Shown here: positions 63,736-64,000 of the stretch, piece after piece
Layout of the letters: every line of letters starts with the position of its first letter
Position numbering within the stretch: the first letter of the stretch is position 1
Notes under the pieces: generated by a model
Database searches by the model: none
The model's input: only the letters and a program-made list of their open reading frames with translations
Told to the model about the DNA's origin: nothing
Translations under genes and position numbers: made by a program
DNA from: Takakia lepidozioides
Taxonomy: Eukaryota; Plantae; Bryophyta
Length of the DNA: 64,000 bases
Direction of reading: 5' to 3'
Assembly (NCBI GenBank): GCA_030704615.1
Contig: CM060732.1
Coordinates: 22,940,001-23,004,000 of the forward strand

Positions 63736-64000
63736 TCCCCTTCAATTTGATGTGGGAAAAGCCGGCTGGCTGGAGGTCTAGTCTCATTTTCACTCATCTA
63801 ATGTCAGTGTTGTATCCATTGCAATGTGGAGATGTTTGTAACAACATTGGAGCATTTCCAGAGGATGGTCTGGATGGCCTTTCGTGGCGTGTGCCGAATC
63901 CATGGCAAGAAAACATTGCAGGCAGAACCCATGGCAATGGTACCAGCACGGGTTGGTCCAAAGCCAATTGCAACAACAAATGAATAAAGGGTGCTGAAAG

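Overview
Eukaryotic, repeat-rich nuclear DNA from a land plant. A non-seed plant, probably a bryophyte, is inferred from gene and repeat style only. Host genes: a 3-exon EamA/SLC35F-type transporter (-), tRNA-Leu(UAA) (-), an intronless PLS-DYW PPR RNA-editing factor (+), a multi-exon CLC-d-like chloride channel (-) and a disrupted nucellin-like aspartic protease (+) in an AT-rich block after a 500-N gap. The rest is transposon-derived: two SWIM-finger MULE transposase relics, Helitron-like repeat clusters, three MITEs (one with piggyBac-type TTAA/CCC..GGG ends), LINE 3' stubs and Ty3/Gypsy pieces. The main finding is a Ty3/Gypsy element (about 54.6-61.3 kb, - strand) whose polyprotein reads Gag(2 zinc knuckles)-protease-C5 DNA cytosine methyltransferase-RT-[deleted]-integrase tail-PHD finger, so it carries both a chromatin writer and a reader. 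A near-identical sister copy at about 20.2-25.6 kb supplies the 5' LTR (with a 1.8-kb 10/51-bp tandem array) and the Gag N-terminus. The MTase copy is decayed: serial TAG stops, frameshifts and an internal inversion of the RT segment. All calls are by eye and no searches were run.
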